64,000 nt of DNA. Source: Candidatus Micrarchaeota archaeon. Its GTDB lineage: Archaea; Micrarchaeota; Micrarchaeia; Anstonellales; Bilamarchaeaceae. Shown here in pieces: positions 49,486-58,597 of the stretch. The position numbers and the translations under genes were made by a program. How positions within the stretch are numbered: position 1 is the stretch's first letter; each line of letters starts with the position of its first letter. The DNA is taken from assembly GCA_043827025.1 (NCBI GenBank), contig JBDRPL010000032.1:1-64000 (forward strand), in the 5' to 3' direction. Below the pieces are notes generated by a model. It was not told where the DNA came from, searched no databases, and worked only from the letters and a program-made list of their open reading frames with translations.

Positions 49486-50703
49486 ATGATTCTTACAAAG
49501 CAAGAGCAGAAGATGCTTGAAGGAGAGCATGGCGAAGCAGTTCAGCAGTCAATGGAGATACTTGTTGCACTTGGCAAGATCTACGATGCTGAGAAAATGA
49601 TCCAAGTGAAAAGTGCGCAGATATCCGGCGTCTCATATAAAACTATTGGTGATGCAGGGCTTGCATATCTGCAGGATTTGGCTTCCAAGCATGCAAGAGT
49701 CAAAATCCCATCTTTCCTGAATCCAGCTGGCATGGATCGACGCCAGTGGAAGGAGATGAAAATTCCAGAAGAGTTTGCAAAAAAGCAGATTGAAATCCTT
49801 GATGCATATACTTCGATGCACATTATGCCTACCTGCACTTGTGCACCCTATGAAATCGGGATAAGACCTAGAAAACATGACCACATTGCATGGTCTGAGA
49901 GCTCGGCAGTTTCTTTTACAAACTCTGTTTTAGGCGCACGAACCAATCGAGAAGGCGGGCCAAGCGCATTGGCAGCTGCAATTTGTGGCATTACTCCTTC
50001 CTATGGGTTGCATCTTGATGAGAACAGAGTTTCAGAATTGGTTATTGATGTTGAATGCAAACTGAATAATGCAAGCGATTTTGCAGCATTGGGCGTTTAT
50101 GTTGGCAAGCTTGCAAAGAACAAGCACCCTGCATTTAAAGGAGTGAGAAAGAGCATGTACGGCTCAAGAATACATGATGAGGATTTGCTCAAATCCCTTG
50201 GTGCAGCAATGGCAGCCTCGGGTTCAGTAGCATTGTTTTATGTGGAGGATACGACTCCAGAATATGCAGTTTCAAAAAAACCGGAAAAAATCTCATTCAC
50301 TGAAAAGGAATTGAATGCCGCCAGGAAGGAATTGAACAAATGCAATGAAAAGCCGGAGATAATAACTCTTGGCTGTCCGCACGCTTCCCTTGAACAGATA
50401 AGGGAGGTTGCAAAACTTCTGCGAAAGAAAAAACTTACTTGCGAACTATGGGTATGCACATCACAGCAGATGAAGAAAAGGGCAGATGCCTATGGCTATG
50501 CAGCAATAATAGAAAAAGCAGGTGGAAAATTAATCGCAGATACTTGCATGGTTGTCTGCCCATTGGAAACAATTGGATACAAAATCACAGGAGCAGATTC
50601 AGGTAAGGCAGCCAAATATTTAGAGAGCCTGTGCAAGCAGAAGGTCGTCTTCAATGACATGAAGACGCTGATTGAGAATAACTCTGAATCCATAAAGAAG
50701 TGA
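49486..50703 (+). CDS. Aconitase X large subunit (phosphomevalonate dehydratase L)
   Basis: SAQISGVSYKTIG, CTCAPY, WSESSA, GARTNREGG, GCPH, DTCMVV, SGKAA. Confidence 0.92.
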   Translation: MILTKQEQKMLEGEHGEAVQQSMEILVALGKIYDAEKMIQVKSAQISGVSYKTIGDAGLAYLQDLASKHARVKIPSFLNPAGMDRRQWKEMKIPEEFAKKQIEILDAYTSMHIMPTCTCAPYEIGIRPRKHDHIAWSESSAVSFTNSVLGARTNREGGPSALAAAICGITPSYGLHLDENRVSELVIDVECKLNNASDFAALGVYVGKLAKNKHPAFKGVRKSMYGSRIHDEDLLKSLGAAMAASGSVALFYVEDTTPEYAVSKKPEKISFTEKELNAARKELNKCNEKPEIITLGCPHASLEQIREVAKLLRKKKLTCELWVCTSQQMKKRADAYGYAAIIEKAGGKLIADTCMVVCPLETIGYKITGADSGKAAKYLESLCKQKVVFNDMKTLIENNSESIKK

Positions 50704-51290
50704 TGATTATGCAAATCAAGACCCAAGCAAAAAAGAAAAAAAAGGTTGAAGGGATGGGTAAAACAGACCTATTCTTTTATGTTGGGTTACTTGGTATGCT
50801 CACTCTTATTTTCGGAGTATTTGCCCAACCAGCAACACTTTTACAAAAATCCTTGTTCCTCATTGGTGCGTCTATACTTGCCCTAGTTGCATTAAAAGAT
50901 AATCAGAAGATGCTATTGGTTTTGCAGATGCTTATCACATTTGCCAATATCCTGGCTTTTTTGGATTTTGGAGGTATTCTTAAGTATGGCCTATTGCTGG
51001 GTGTTGCGATAGTTGGAATCGGTTACCTTGTGTTCATCAAATACTATGAAACAGATCGTTTTGGTTGGATAGGGACTGTTGGCCTTTTGCTGCTTGCAAT
51101 TGGTTTTGCCACTGACGCTAGTACACAACCATTTTATTTTGGAATTTTACTTGGATCAGGTGCATTGCTTGTTGCGGCATACTCTTTTATAGACTATTAT
51201 CAGACCAAAGGAAAGATCTCACTTATTTGGTTTGTTTTGAACATAATATTTGCAATAAATCCTTTGATATTGGCTTTAACAAACATGTGA
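50700..51290 (+). CDS. Multi-TM membrane protein
   Basis: Six to seven hydrophobic helices in two similar halves. Confidence 0.75.
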   Translation: MMIMQIKTQAKKKKKVEGMGKTDLFFYVGLLGMLTLIFGVFAQPATLLQKSLFLIGASILALVALKDNQKMLLVLQMLITFANILAFLDFGGILKYGLLLGVAIVGIGYLVFIKYYETDRFGWIGTVGLLLLAIGFATDASTQPFYFGILLGSGALLVAAYSFIDYYQTKGKISLIWFVLNIIFAINPLILALTNM

Positions 51291-51294
51291 TTAT

Positions 51295-51693
51295 ATGGAT
51301 GTCCTCGGTAGAATTATCTCAAAAGGGAAAGCAAGTGGCCCAGTTCTCATTTCGAAAGATTCAATTTCATTCCTTGGAGGAGTTGATCCGAAAACCGGAA
51401 TCGTAATCGAGAAAGGCCATGCAATCGAAGGAAAGAATGTTTCAGGAAAAGTTTTGGTTTTTCCTTCTGGAAAAGGTTCGACGGTTGGATCTTATGTCAT
51501 GCTTCAATTAAAGAAGAATGGGACAGCGCCAGTTGCAATTATAAACCTGGAGGCGGAGCCAATCATCGCAGTTGGCGCAATCATCGCACACATTCCATTA
51601 TTGGATCAATTGGAAAAGGATCCGTTCAAACTATTGAAAGACGGACAGACAGTTACAGTGGATGCGGATAAAGGAATATTGAGCTACGTGTGA
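51295..51693 (+). CDS. Aconitase X swiveling small subunit (DUF126; phosphomevalonate dehydratase S)
   Basis: ISFLGGVDPKTG, GKGSTVGSY. Confidence 0.92.
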   Translation: MDVLGRIISKGKASGPVLISKDSISFLGGVDPKTGIVIEKGHAIEGKNVSGKVLVFPSGKGSTVGSYVMLQLKKNGTAPVAIINLEAEPIIAVGAIIAHIPLLDQLEKDPFKLLKDGQTVTVDADKGILSYV

Positions 51694-51697
51694 TATT

Positions 51698-52399
51698 ATG
51701 ATTGTCGATTCCCATTGCCATCTTTATGACATAAAGAACTTTTCTCCTGTAGAGAATATACTTCCAGTTATTTCTGGATATTCTCATTCAACAAACCTGA
51801 AGACGATCGAAATCGCAAAGAAATACAATTATCCTTTTTGCATTGGCATAGCTCCGCAAACTGTCCTAAAGGAAGGAATGGACAAACTTGATTTGTGGGT
51901 TTCGACAATAAAGAGATCAAAGCCCAATGCAATAGGCGAAATTGGCCTGGATTATCATTGGGCGAAAACTGATGAGCAGAAGAAGCTGCAGGGAAAATGT
52001 TTCAACGAAATGATTGCTCTTGCTGAATCCATGAAACTGCCAATAGTTCTTCATTCAAGAGAAACAACAAATATCTGCCTTGATATGCTTGAAGAAGCAA
52101 AGTTCAAAGGAAAAGTCATGCTTCATTTCTTCTCAGGCATAGTGGAAGATGCGCTTAGAACTGTTTCAATTGGTGGTTTTGTTTCGTTTCCTCCTGTGGG
52201 TTCGAAATCAAGAAAAGATACATTATTAAAAATTCCCTTAGAAAGCATTCTTGTTGAAACTGATGCACCATTTGTAGGGAGAAACATATCTGATGTTTCT
52301 GATTCGATAAAATATGTTGCCGGGGTTAAAAACTCGGATTTTGATACAGTTGCGGATCAGACTGCAAAGAATGCCTTTGGGTTTTTCAATATAAGATAG
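51698..52399 (+). CDS. tatD: TatD family hydrolase
   Basis: DSHCHL, IGEIGLDY, LHSR, LHFF, ETDAP. Confidence 0.92.
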   Translation: MIVDSHCHLYDIKNFSPVENILPVISGYSHSTNLKTIEIAKKYNYPFCIGIAPQTVLKEGMDKLDLWVSTIKRSKPNAIGEIGLDYHWAKTDEQKKLQGKCFNEMIALAESMKLPIVLHSRETTNICLDMLEEAKFKGKVMLHFFSGIVEDALRTVSIGGFVSFPPVGSKSRKDTLLKIPLESILVETDAPFVGRNISDVSDSIKYVAGVKNSDFDTVADQTAKNAFGFFNIR

Positions 52400-52411
52400 A
52401 AGGTGAAAATT

Positions 52412-52885
52412 ATGGGTATTTTTGATGGCCTTTTCGGCCGCAAGAACAGGATAGCGATATTAGTAGATGGTCCGAATATCATAAGGAAGGCGTTCAACGT
52501 AGATTTGAAGGATATGAAGGCAGAACTTTCGAAATTCGGTCAGATAAGGATTGCCAAAATCTATCTTGACCAGTATGCTTCTGAGAAATTGATAGAGGCC
52601 ATGGTAAACCAGGGCTTTGAAACTGAAATCACTACGGGTGATGTTGATGTTACAATGGCAATAGAAGCAATGGAATATGTTCTTGATCCAAATATTGACA
52701 TAATCGCATTGATGACTCGCGATACGGATTACAGGCCTGTTTTGATAAAGGCAAGGGCAAAGGGGAAGAAGACAATAATAATCGCAACTGATGTTGCTTT
52801 CAGTGCAGCCCTTAGGAACACAGCAGATCATGTGATAATACTACAGACAAGGCCTGATTTGTCAGCGCCGAAACCGAAAGTTTAA
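52412..52885 (+). CDS. NYN-domain protein (TIGR00288-like)
   Basis: LVDGPNI, GDVDV, TRDTDY. Confidence 0.88.
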   Translation: MGIFDGLFGRKNRIAILVDGPNIIRKAFNVDLKDMKAELSKFGQIRIAKIYLDQYASEKLIEAMVNQGFETEITTGDVDVTMAIEAMEYVLDPNIDIIALMTRDTDYRPVLIKARAKGKKTIIIATDVAFSAALRNTADHVIILQTRPDLSAPKPKV

Positions 52886-52934
52886 AAACTCATATCGATT
52901 ATATGTAAAGTAGTTTTTTTTGAGGTGTATATAA

Positions 52935-53159
52935 ATGAGCGATAAAAGACCATTTGATTTGCTGAATGAATCAGTGAACAACACAGTGATTATTGGAATG
53001 AAGGGGAACTATGAATTTAGGGGCGTAATGATCTCATATGATATTCACATGAACGTGGTTCTTGAAAAAGCAGAGCTGATTGTTAACGGAGAAGTCAAGA
53101 AAGGCATGGGCAAGATCTTCATAAGGGGAGACAGCGTAACCTACGTTTCGCCTTCATGA
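52935..53159 (+). CDS. Sm/Lsm-like protein (SmAP)
   Basis: RPFDLL, SYDIHMNVVL, IRGDSV. Confidence 0.93.
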   Translation: MSDKRPFDLLNESVNNTVIIGMKGNYEFRGVMISYDIHMNVVLEKAELIVNGEVKKGMGKIFIRGDSVTYVSPS

Positions 53160-53297
53160 ATATGATTCAAGATAATTCAAATTTTTTCTTATTTTTCTTT
53201 TTAGTTTTCTGTTTCTAGATGATTAGTTGGCTATGTTTACAAGGTTAGAAAACAGGTTTTCTTTTTTGGTTACATCTAGCGTTTCTTTTCGAAAGAA

Positions 53298-53396
53298 AAA
53301 TTTTATTGGACAAGCCTTGAACTATTGTTCACGACAGTTAAAAGCAGGTTTTCTTTGATTAAAATTTCTTTTACAAAAGAAATTTTATTGGACAAG
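53298..53396 (-). repeat. 17-bp direct repeat of the tRNA-Ala 3' end
   Basis: aaattttattggacaag at 53298-53314 and 53380-53396, offset 82 bp. Confidence 0.8.
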
Positions 53397-53550
53397 AAGG
53401 GATTTGAACCCTCAGCCTCCCCCAGTTCGGAGTCTTCGGTTTCCAGTTTCCCGTTTTGAGCCCGTAAAACAAAAAATACAAGACTCAAAACTCTAGACCG
53501 AAAACTTATTACTTCGCCAAGGGGGCACTCTACCGTTGAGCTACATGCCC
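53389..53550 (-). tRNA. tRNA-Ala(GGC) with a 90-nt intron at 37/38 (53425-53514)
   Basis: Acceptor GGGCATG/CTTGTCC with G3:U70 Ala identity pair; anticodon stem CCCCC/GGGGG; T loop TTCAAAT; canonical BHB. Confidence 0.92.
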
Positions 53551-53648
53551 GAATGAAATGAAGGTATGGAGCGAACTTGAGTAACACCCAACTTTCTTGA
53601 TGAAACTTCTTTGGCAACCCGAAAGAAGTTTCTGCTACATGCCCGAAT
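53540..53648 (-). mobile_element. 79-bp hairpin insertion (53555-53633) flanked by a 15-bp direct repeat of the tRNA-Ala 5' end
   Basis: gctacatgcccgaat at 53540-53554 and 53634-53648; insert hairpin nearly identical to the tRNA-Thr intron. Confidence 0.6.
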
Positions 53649-53694
53649 AGGTACTAAGTATAAGTGGTAGTGTTTATATTTGTTTTTCTATCTC

Positions 53695-54381
53695 CTATAG
53701 AATTGGAAAAACTGCTTTGCCGGTATTATCAGAAGCTATAGGTGTCCTGGTTGAGAAAATGCCCAGCTGTATCGTATCGATAAGGGCTTTCACTGATTTT
53801 TCAAGCATTTGTGAGAACTGACACACCATTTCATTTCCTGCATTTGCCAGAAGCATTTTATGCATATCTTCTGGATATTGGCCAATGAAGCTCGGGTCAA
53901 ATGTTTTCATTTCGAGTAAGATGTCTGATATGTACAGGATTCCAATCTCCCTTTCCTTAAGCCTTCTTATAATATTGCAATGAGATGTTAGTGCGATTAT
54001 TCCATTACTACTCAAAGTGCCATTTTGATCCATACTATCTTTCCCTATAAAAGGGAACATCCTGCAAATAAGAGGCCTATGCGAATAAATGCTGCAAGTT
54101 GCTCTGTCTGCCAAAAAATGACATTCTCCATTTTCTTTGGGATTTATGAATAATCCTTCAGTATCCCTTTCAATTTTTCTTTGAGGCACCTTACGATCCA
54201 CTTCTGAATATAACTGTTTAGCATTTTGTTCTGTGGCAAGAATCATAATGCCATTTTTTTCTTTGCAGCACTTTCCACAGGCTCTGCAATGGTGGGATTT
54301 GAAAATCGAGAGTATTCTTCTTATGGCATCAGGTGGTCTTGATGCAATTAGCTGCTGTATGCTTATGCTTTTTTGTGCCAT
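53695..54381 (-). CDS. YkgJ-family CxxCxxCC Fe-S/Zn cluster protein
   Basis: CRACGKCC, CHFL, CSIYSHRPLICRMFPF. Confidence 0.85.
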   Translation of the reverse strand: MAQKSISIQQLIASRPPDAIRRILSIFKSHHCRACGKCCKEKNGIMILATEQNAKQLYSEVDRKVPQRKIERDTEGLFINPKENGECHFLADRATCSIYSHRPLICRMFPFIGKDSMDQNGTLSSNGIIALTSHCNIIRRLKEREIGILYISDILLEMKTFDPSFIGQYPEDMHKMLLANAGNEMVCQFSQMLEKSVKALIDTIQLGIFSTRTPIASDNTGKAVFPIL

Positions 54382-54470
54382 ACAGTCTCTTTTCTTGGGA
54401 TATGTTCTTAAATATTCTCTTTTTACCACTTCTATTGGCTTTTTGCACAGGCCTTCCCAATGCCATGTTT

Positions 54471-55130
54471 TCATTCCTTTGCGCCGAGCTTTTTCAGCAG
54501 TTCCACAGTATCTTCATGCTTAGTGCTTTTGGCTATCTCCATTGCTGTATGGCCAGCACTGCTCTGTAAGTTTACATCTGCCCCTTTTTTCACAAGCACC
54601 TTAACCACATTGTTATGGCCGTCTACGCATGCAAGCATCACTGCGGTGATTCCTCTGGAGTCCTGCAGATTGGTGTCAGCCTTGCTTTCGAGGAGCGCAT
54701 TCACTGCATTTATCTTTCCTTCCTGGGATGCCATCATGAGGGCCGTGGCTCCGGATGCATTTACAGCATTCACATCCGCACCTTTTAAAACAAGAATTTT
54801 TATCGCTTCTGCGAAATCATATTTTGCAGCAATTATAATGGGAGTCCATCCCTTTGCATTTCTTGCATCCACATCCGCACCTTTGCCAAGAATTACCTTC
54901 AATAACTCTACATCCCTCTTCTGGCATGCATACATAAGAGGAGTGAATTGGTACTCGCCACGACAATTGACATTCGCACCCATGTCCAAAGCCTTTTGGA
55001 CTAGTATTTTATCAGCATTTTGCACAGCAATCACCAGTAATTGGTCATTGCCAGTCATTGCAGTGCCTGTACTTGTATTTACAAAAAGAGTTTCTCCTTT
55101 CTTTTCCTGTTCTATGCTTTTCTTTGCCAT
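54471..55130 (-). CDS. Ankyrin repeat protein
   Basis: About five TPLM.A / GADVNA repeats; start reassigned to avoid overlap with smc. Confidence 0.92.
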   Translation of the reverse strand: MAKKSIEQEKKGETLFVNTSTGTAMTGNDQLLVIAVQNADKILVQKALDMGANVNCRGEYQFTPLMYACQKRDVELLKVILGKGADVDARNAKGWTPIIIAAKYDFAEAIKILVLKGADVNAVNASGATALMMASQEGKINAVNALLESKADTNLQDSRGITAVMLACVDGHNNVVKVLVKKGADVNLQSSAGHTAMEIAKSTKHEDTVELLKKLGAKE

Positions 55131-55221
55131 AAACATATAAATAGCAGAAGTACATTTAAAAATATTAAAAGTGTAAAGCGTTAACTCTACATTTGGCTCT
55201 GCGGAGATATCAGGTGCATCT

Positions 55222-58200
55222 ATGATTTTCATTTCACGTTTAAAGGCAAGAAACTTCAAGTCTTTCAAATTTGTCGACATAACTCTTCCTAAAAATTTTC
55301 TGTGTTTTGCTGGCCCAAATGGCTCTGGCAAGTCGAACATCATGGATATGGTGCGTTTCGCACTCGGCGAAGTGAGCCTCAAATCACTAAGGGCAAAGAA
55401 GACGAGAGACCTTATTCATACAGGTGCAAAGGCTGCGGAAGTCACAATTTATTTTGAAGGCGACGAGAAGATTGAGATAAAGAGGGCCATCCGCGTAGAT
55501 GGAAAGATACTCTACAAGCTCAACGGTGAAAAAACCACGAGGTCTGCGATCCAAAACCTTCTGAAGAAATATAATCTGGATGACAGTGGAAGGAACATAA
55601 TCGCCCAGGGCGAAGTCCAAAGAATAATTAACATGGGCGGAAAGGAGCGAAGGGGTATCATAGACAGCGTTGCAGGCATAGCTGATTTCGAGGAGAAGAA
55701 GAAAGAGGCAATGAAAGAGCTTGATATTGTTGATGTAAGGATAAAAGATGCAAGCCTTGTGCTTGGGGAAAGGACTGCTTATCTTGAAGATCTTGCGAAA
55801 GAAAGGGAGCTTGCAATAAAATATAAGGACAGTAGGAAAAGGCTCACCGAAGCAAAGGCAACTCTTTTGAAGACAGAGATAAAGAAGATCGGGCACAACT
55901 TTTCCGAAGTATCGACCAATATCGAGAAGCTTGATTTCAACATAAAGAATAAAGAAACTGAGATGCTCGAAGTCAACGAAAGGATCACTGTGGTTGAAGA
56001 AAAGAGGGATGAAAGGAGGAAGGTTCTAGAATCAAAGCAGAAAACATCCATACTCATAAGGAAAATCGAGGAACTCAAGGCTCTTTTGAGGTCCGGAACT
56101 CAACTCATTGAAGACAGGAATGTTTTCCTGAAAAAACTGGAAGATGACTCATTGAAACTGTCAAAGGAGCTTGAAATGTGCGGTTCAGAACTCCCTCATC
56201 TCGAAAATTCTATTTCTGATTTCAGGTCTGAGCAGAAAACATTTGAGTCCCAACTCTCAAATCTTCAGATGCATGAAAGCAGCGAATCCCACAAATTGAG
56301 GGAGAAACTCGAGGCTGAAGAGAAGAGCCTCCATTCCATAAGGGAGAATATCGTAAGGATAGATACTGAAATCTCTTCAAAGAACGAGCTCATACAGCAC
56401 AAGGCATCCATGCTTTCAGCGCTTTCAAAAGACATTGGGGAATTCGATTCAAATAGCGTGGACAAGGAAATAGCTGCAATGAAGCGCGAATCCTCATCAG
56501 TCATGAGAGAGATCGAGGATTATTTTTCAGAAACCAAGGACTGCAATAAAAAGATAGCTGAGATCGACAAGCAACTCCTTGAATTGAAGGAAAAAGGCTC
56601 TTTCCTCAGGGTGAGCATTTCCCCGGCCCTTGCAAACCCTGCACTCAGGTTCATCGCTGAGCTCAAGAGTTCAGGAAAAGTAGATGGGATATATGGGCTT
56701 GTGGGTGAGCTCATAAAGTTCGATCAGGAATATTCAAATGCAGTAGAATCTGCAGCAGGAAACAGGCTTTTGTATGTTGTAGTGGACAATGCAGACACTG
56801 CCTCCAAGGTCATTGCCATGCTCAAGAAAAGCGATGTTGGAAGAGCAACATTCATTCCTATAACTGAGGTTAAGGTTTCTGAACCACGGCCTGTTGCAGG
56901 ATTTGAGTCGTTGCTGAAACATGTCTCATTTTCCAACAGCGTGAGGCGTGCCATAGAATTCGTTTTTTCAGATACCACTCTGGTTCCAAAGATGGCTGAC
57001 GCGAAGAAAAACATCGGCGCAGGCAGGATGGTCACCCTTGAAGGGGAAATTTTCGAGAGATCAGGTGTCATTTCCGGAGGGCGCGTAGCAAGCAACATAC
57101 TTGCAGGCATGCGGCTCAAGAAACTGGATGAACAGCTTGCCCAATTGAAATCCGAGAAAGAATCGCTCATCAATAGGCTGTATTCCATACGCGAGGAAGA
57201 ATCAGAGAAAAGGTCCAAGAAATCCAAGATCGACCTGGAGATACGCTCTCTTGAGATTGAATTGCAGAAACAAGGGGAAAAGAAAAAAGAGCAGGAAGAC
57301 CTTTTTAAGACCAAGGAGCGCCTGCAATTCGAGATAAACACAGTAAATGATGAAATCAAATCACGGCACAGTGAAAAAGATAAATTAGGTTCAGCACTGG
57401 TCGCTCTTGAAAAGCAGATTGCCGAACTTAATGATTCATTATCCAAGAGCGAACAGAAGTACAAGGAGATTTCAGATGCATCGAACAAACGGCGTACAGA
57501 ACTCACTGCAAAAATATCCTCACTGAAGGCGACCATAGAAGGGAAGATGAAAGAGCTTGAGCTCAAGAAAAGGGAATATTATTCCACTGATGAGCGCATA
57601 AAACAGCTTTCAAAGGAGAAGAAGGATGCGGTTGCTAGCATAAATGATGCAAAAAGGAAGCTGAATGAGCAGAATGACGAGCTTTCCAAATCAGAATCCG
57701 AAATGGAGAAATACAGCAAAGATATCGAAGCTCTTTTCAGGGCACTGAAGGAATTTGATGGGCAGATACAGGAACTTGGCAAGTCAAGAGGTGAAGTCAC
57801 GATCGCCATAGAAAAATTCAACAAGGACATGAATTCCTTGCTTGTCAAGAAAGCAACTTTTGAAACCAGGATACAGGATTTAAAGGTAGAGTATGAGACC
57901 TACAAAGACATTCCAGTTAACGAATCAATAAGTAAGGAAGAGCTGACTGTCACAATAAAGGAATGCGAAGGCGCGCTTTCCCAGCTTGGAGATGTGAACC
58001 TTGCATCTATTGAAAAGTATGAAGAGAAGAAAAAGGAAGTTGAGGATATACGGCAGAAGATAGACAAGCTTTCTGAAGAGAGGACTGCTATACTTCAGGT
58101 GATGTCTGAGATAGAGGATAGGAAGAAAGAGGCTTTCTTCAGCACGTTCTATGCAGTAAGCGACAATTTCCAGAAGATGTTCAAGCACATAAGCATTGGC

Positions 58201-58593
58201 GAAGGATTCCTTTATCTTGATAATCCGAACAGCCCTTTTGATAGCGGGCTTTTCATTAAACTCAAGAGATATGGCAGGGAACATACTCTTGATTCGCTTT
58301 CAGGCGGGGAGAATAGCCTTGTAGCATTGATGTTCATTTTTGCATTGCAGTTCTTCAAACCTGCGCCTTTCTATATACTTGATGAGGTGGATGCAGCCCT
58401 TGACAAGGAGAACAGCAAGAACCTTGCACTTCTTATCTCAGAAGTATCAAAGACAGGTGGAACGCAGTTCATTATAGTTTCTCACAATGATTCTGTGATG
58501 TCCAATGCGCATGCAGTGCTTGGTGTAGCAAAGGTGGATGGCGCATCAAGAATTGTCGGAGTGAAGCTCGAACAGCTTGCAAAAGAGGCATGA
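55222..58593 (+). CDS. smc: Chromosome segregation protein SMC
   Basis: NFKSF, GPNGSGKSN, hinge GRATFIP, LSGGE, ILDEVDAALD, IVSH. Confidence 0.97.
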   Translation: MIFISRLKARNFKSFKFVDITLPKNFLCFAGPNGSGKSNIMDMVRFALGEVSLKSLRAKKTRDLIHTGAKAAEVTIYFEGDEKIEIKRAIRVDGKILYKLNGEKTTRSAIQNLLKKYNLDDSGRNIIAQGEVQRIINMGGKERRGIIDSVAGIADFEEKKKEAMKELDIVDVRIKDASLVLGERTAYLEDLAKERELAIKYKDSRKRLTEAKATLLKTEIKKIGHNFSEVSTNIEKLDFNIKNKETEMLEVNERITVVEEKRDERRKVLESKQKTSILIRKIEELKALLRSGTQLIEDRNVFLKKLEDDSLKLSKELEMCGSELPHLENSISDFRSEQKTFESQLSNLQMHESSESHKLREKLEAEEKSLHSIRENIVRIDTEISSKNELIQHKASMLSALSKDIGEFDSNSVDKEIAAMKRESSSVMREIEDYFSETKDCNKKIAEIDKQLLELKEKGSFLRVSISPALANPALRFIAELKSSGKVDGIYGLVGELIKFDQEYSNAVESAAGNRLLYVVVDNADTASKVIAMLKKSDVGRATFIPITEVKVSEPRPVAGFESLLKHVSFSNSVRRAIEFVFSDTTLVPKMADAKKNIGAGRMVTLEGEIFERSGVISGGRVASNILAGMRLKKLDEQLAQLKSEKESLINRLYSIREEESEKRSKKSKIDLEIRSLEIELQKQGEKKKEQEDLFKTKERLQFEINTVNDEIKSRHSEKDKLGSALVALEKQIAELNDSLSKSEQKYKEISDASNKRRTELTAKISSLKATIEGKMKELELKKREYYSTDERIKQLSKEKKDAVASINDAKRKLNEQNDELSKSESEMEKYSKDIEALFRALKEFDGQIQELGKSRGEVTIAIEKFNKDMNSLLVKKATFETRIQDLKVEYETYKDIPVNESISKEELTVTIKECEGALSQLGDVNLASIEKYEEKKKEVEDIRQKIDKLSEERTAILQVMSEIEDRKKEAFFSTFYAVSDNFQKMFKHISIGEGFLYLDNPNSPFDSGLFIKLKRYGREHTLDSLSGGENSLVALMFIFALQFFKPAPFYILDEVDAALDKENSKNLALLISEVSKTGGTQFIIVSHNDSVMSNAHAVLGVAKVDGASRIVGVKLEQLAKEA

Positions 58594-58597
58594 TCTA

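Noticed and set aside
53303..53617. 104-aa minus-strand ORF
   Set aside because: It overlaps the tRNA-Ala gene and its inserts; spurious.
53298..53648. CRISPR-like array around tRNA-Ala
   Set aside because: Each repeat has only two copies, both derive from tRNA ends, and no cas genes are present.
55131..55382. N-terminal extension of the ankyrin ORF overlapping smc
   Set aside because: It is antisense to the SMC Walker A region; ATG 55130 with an upstream TATA-like box is a better start.
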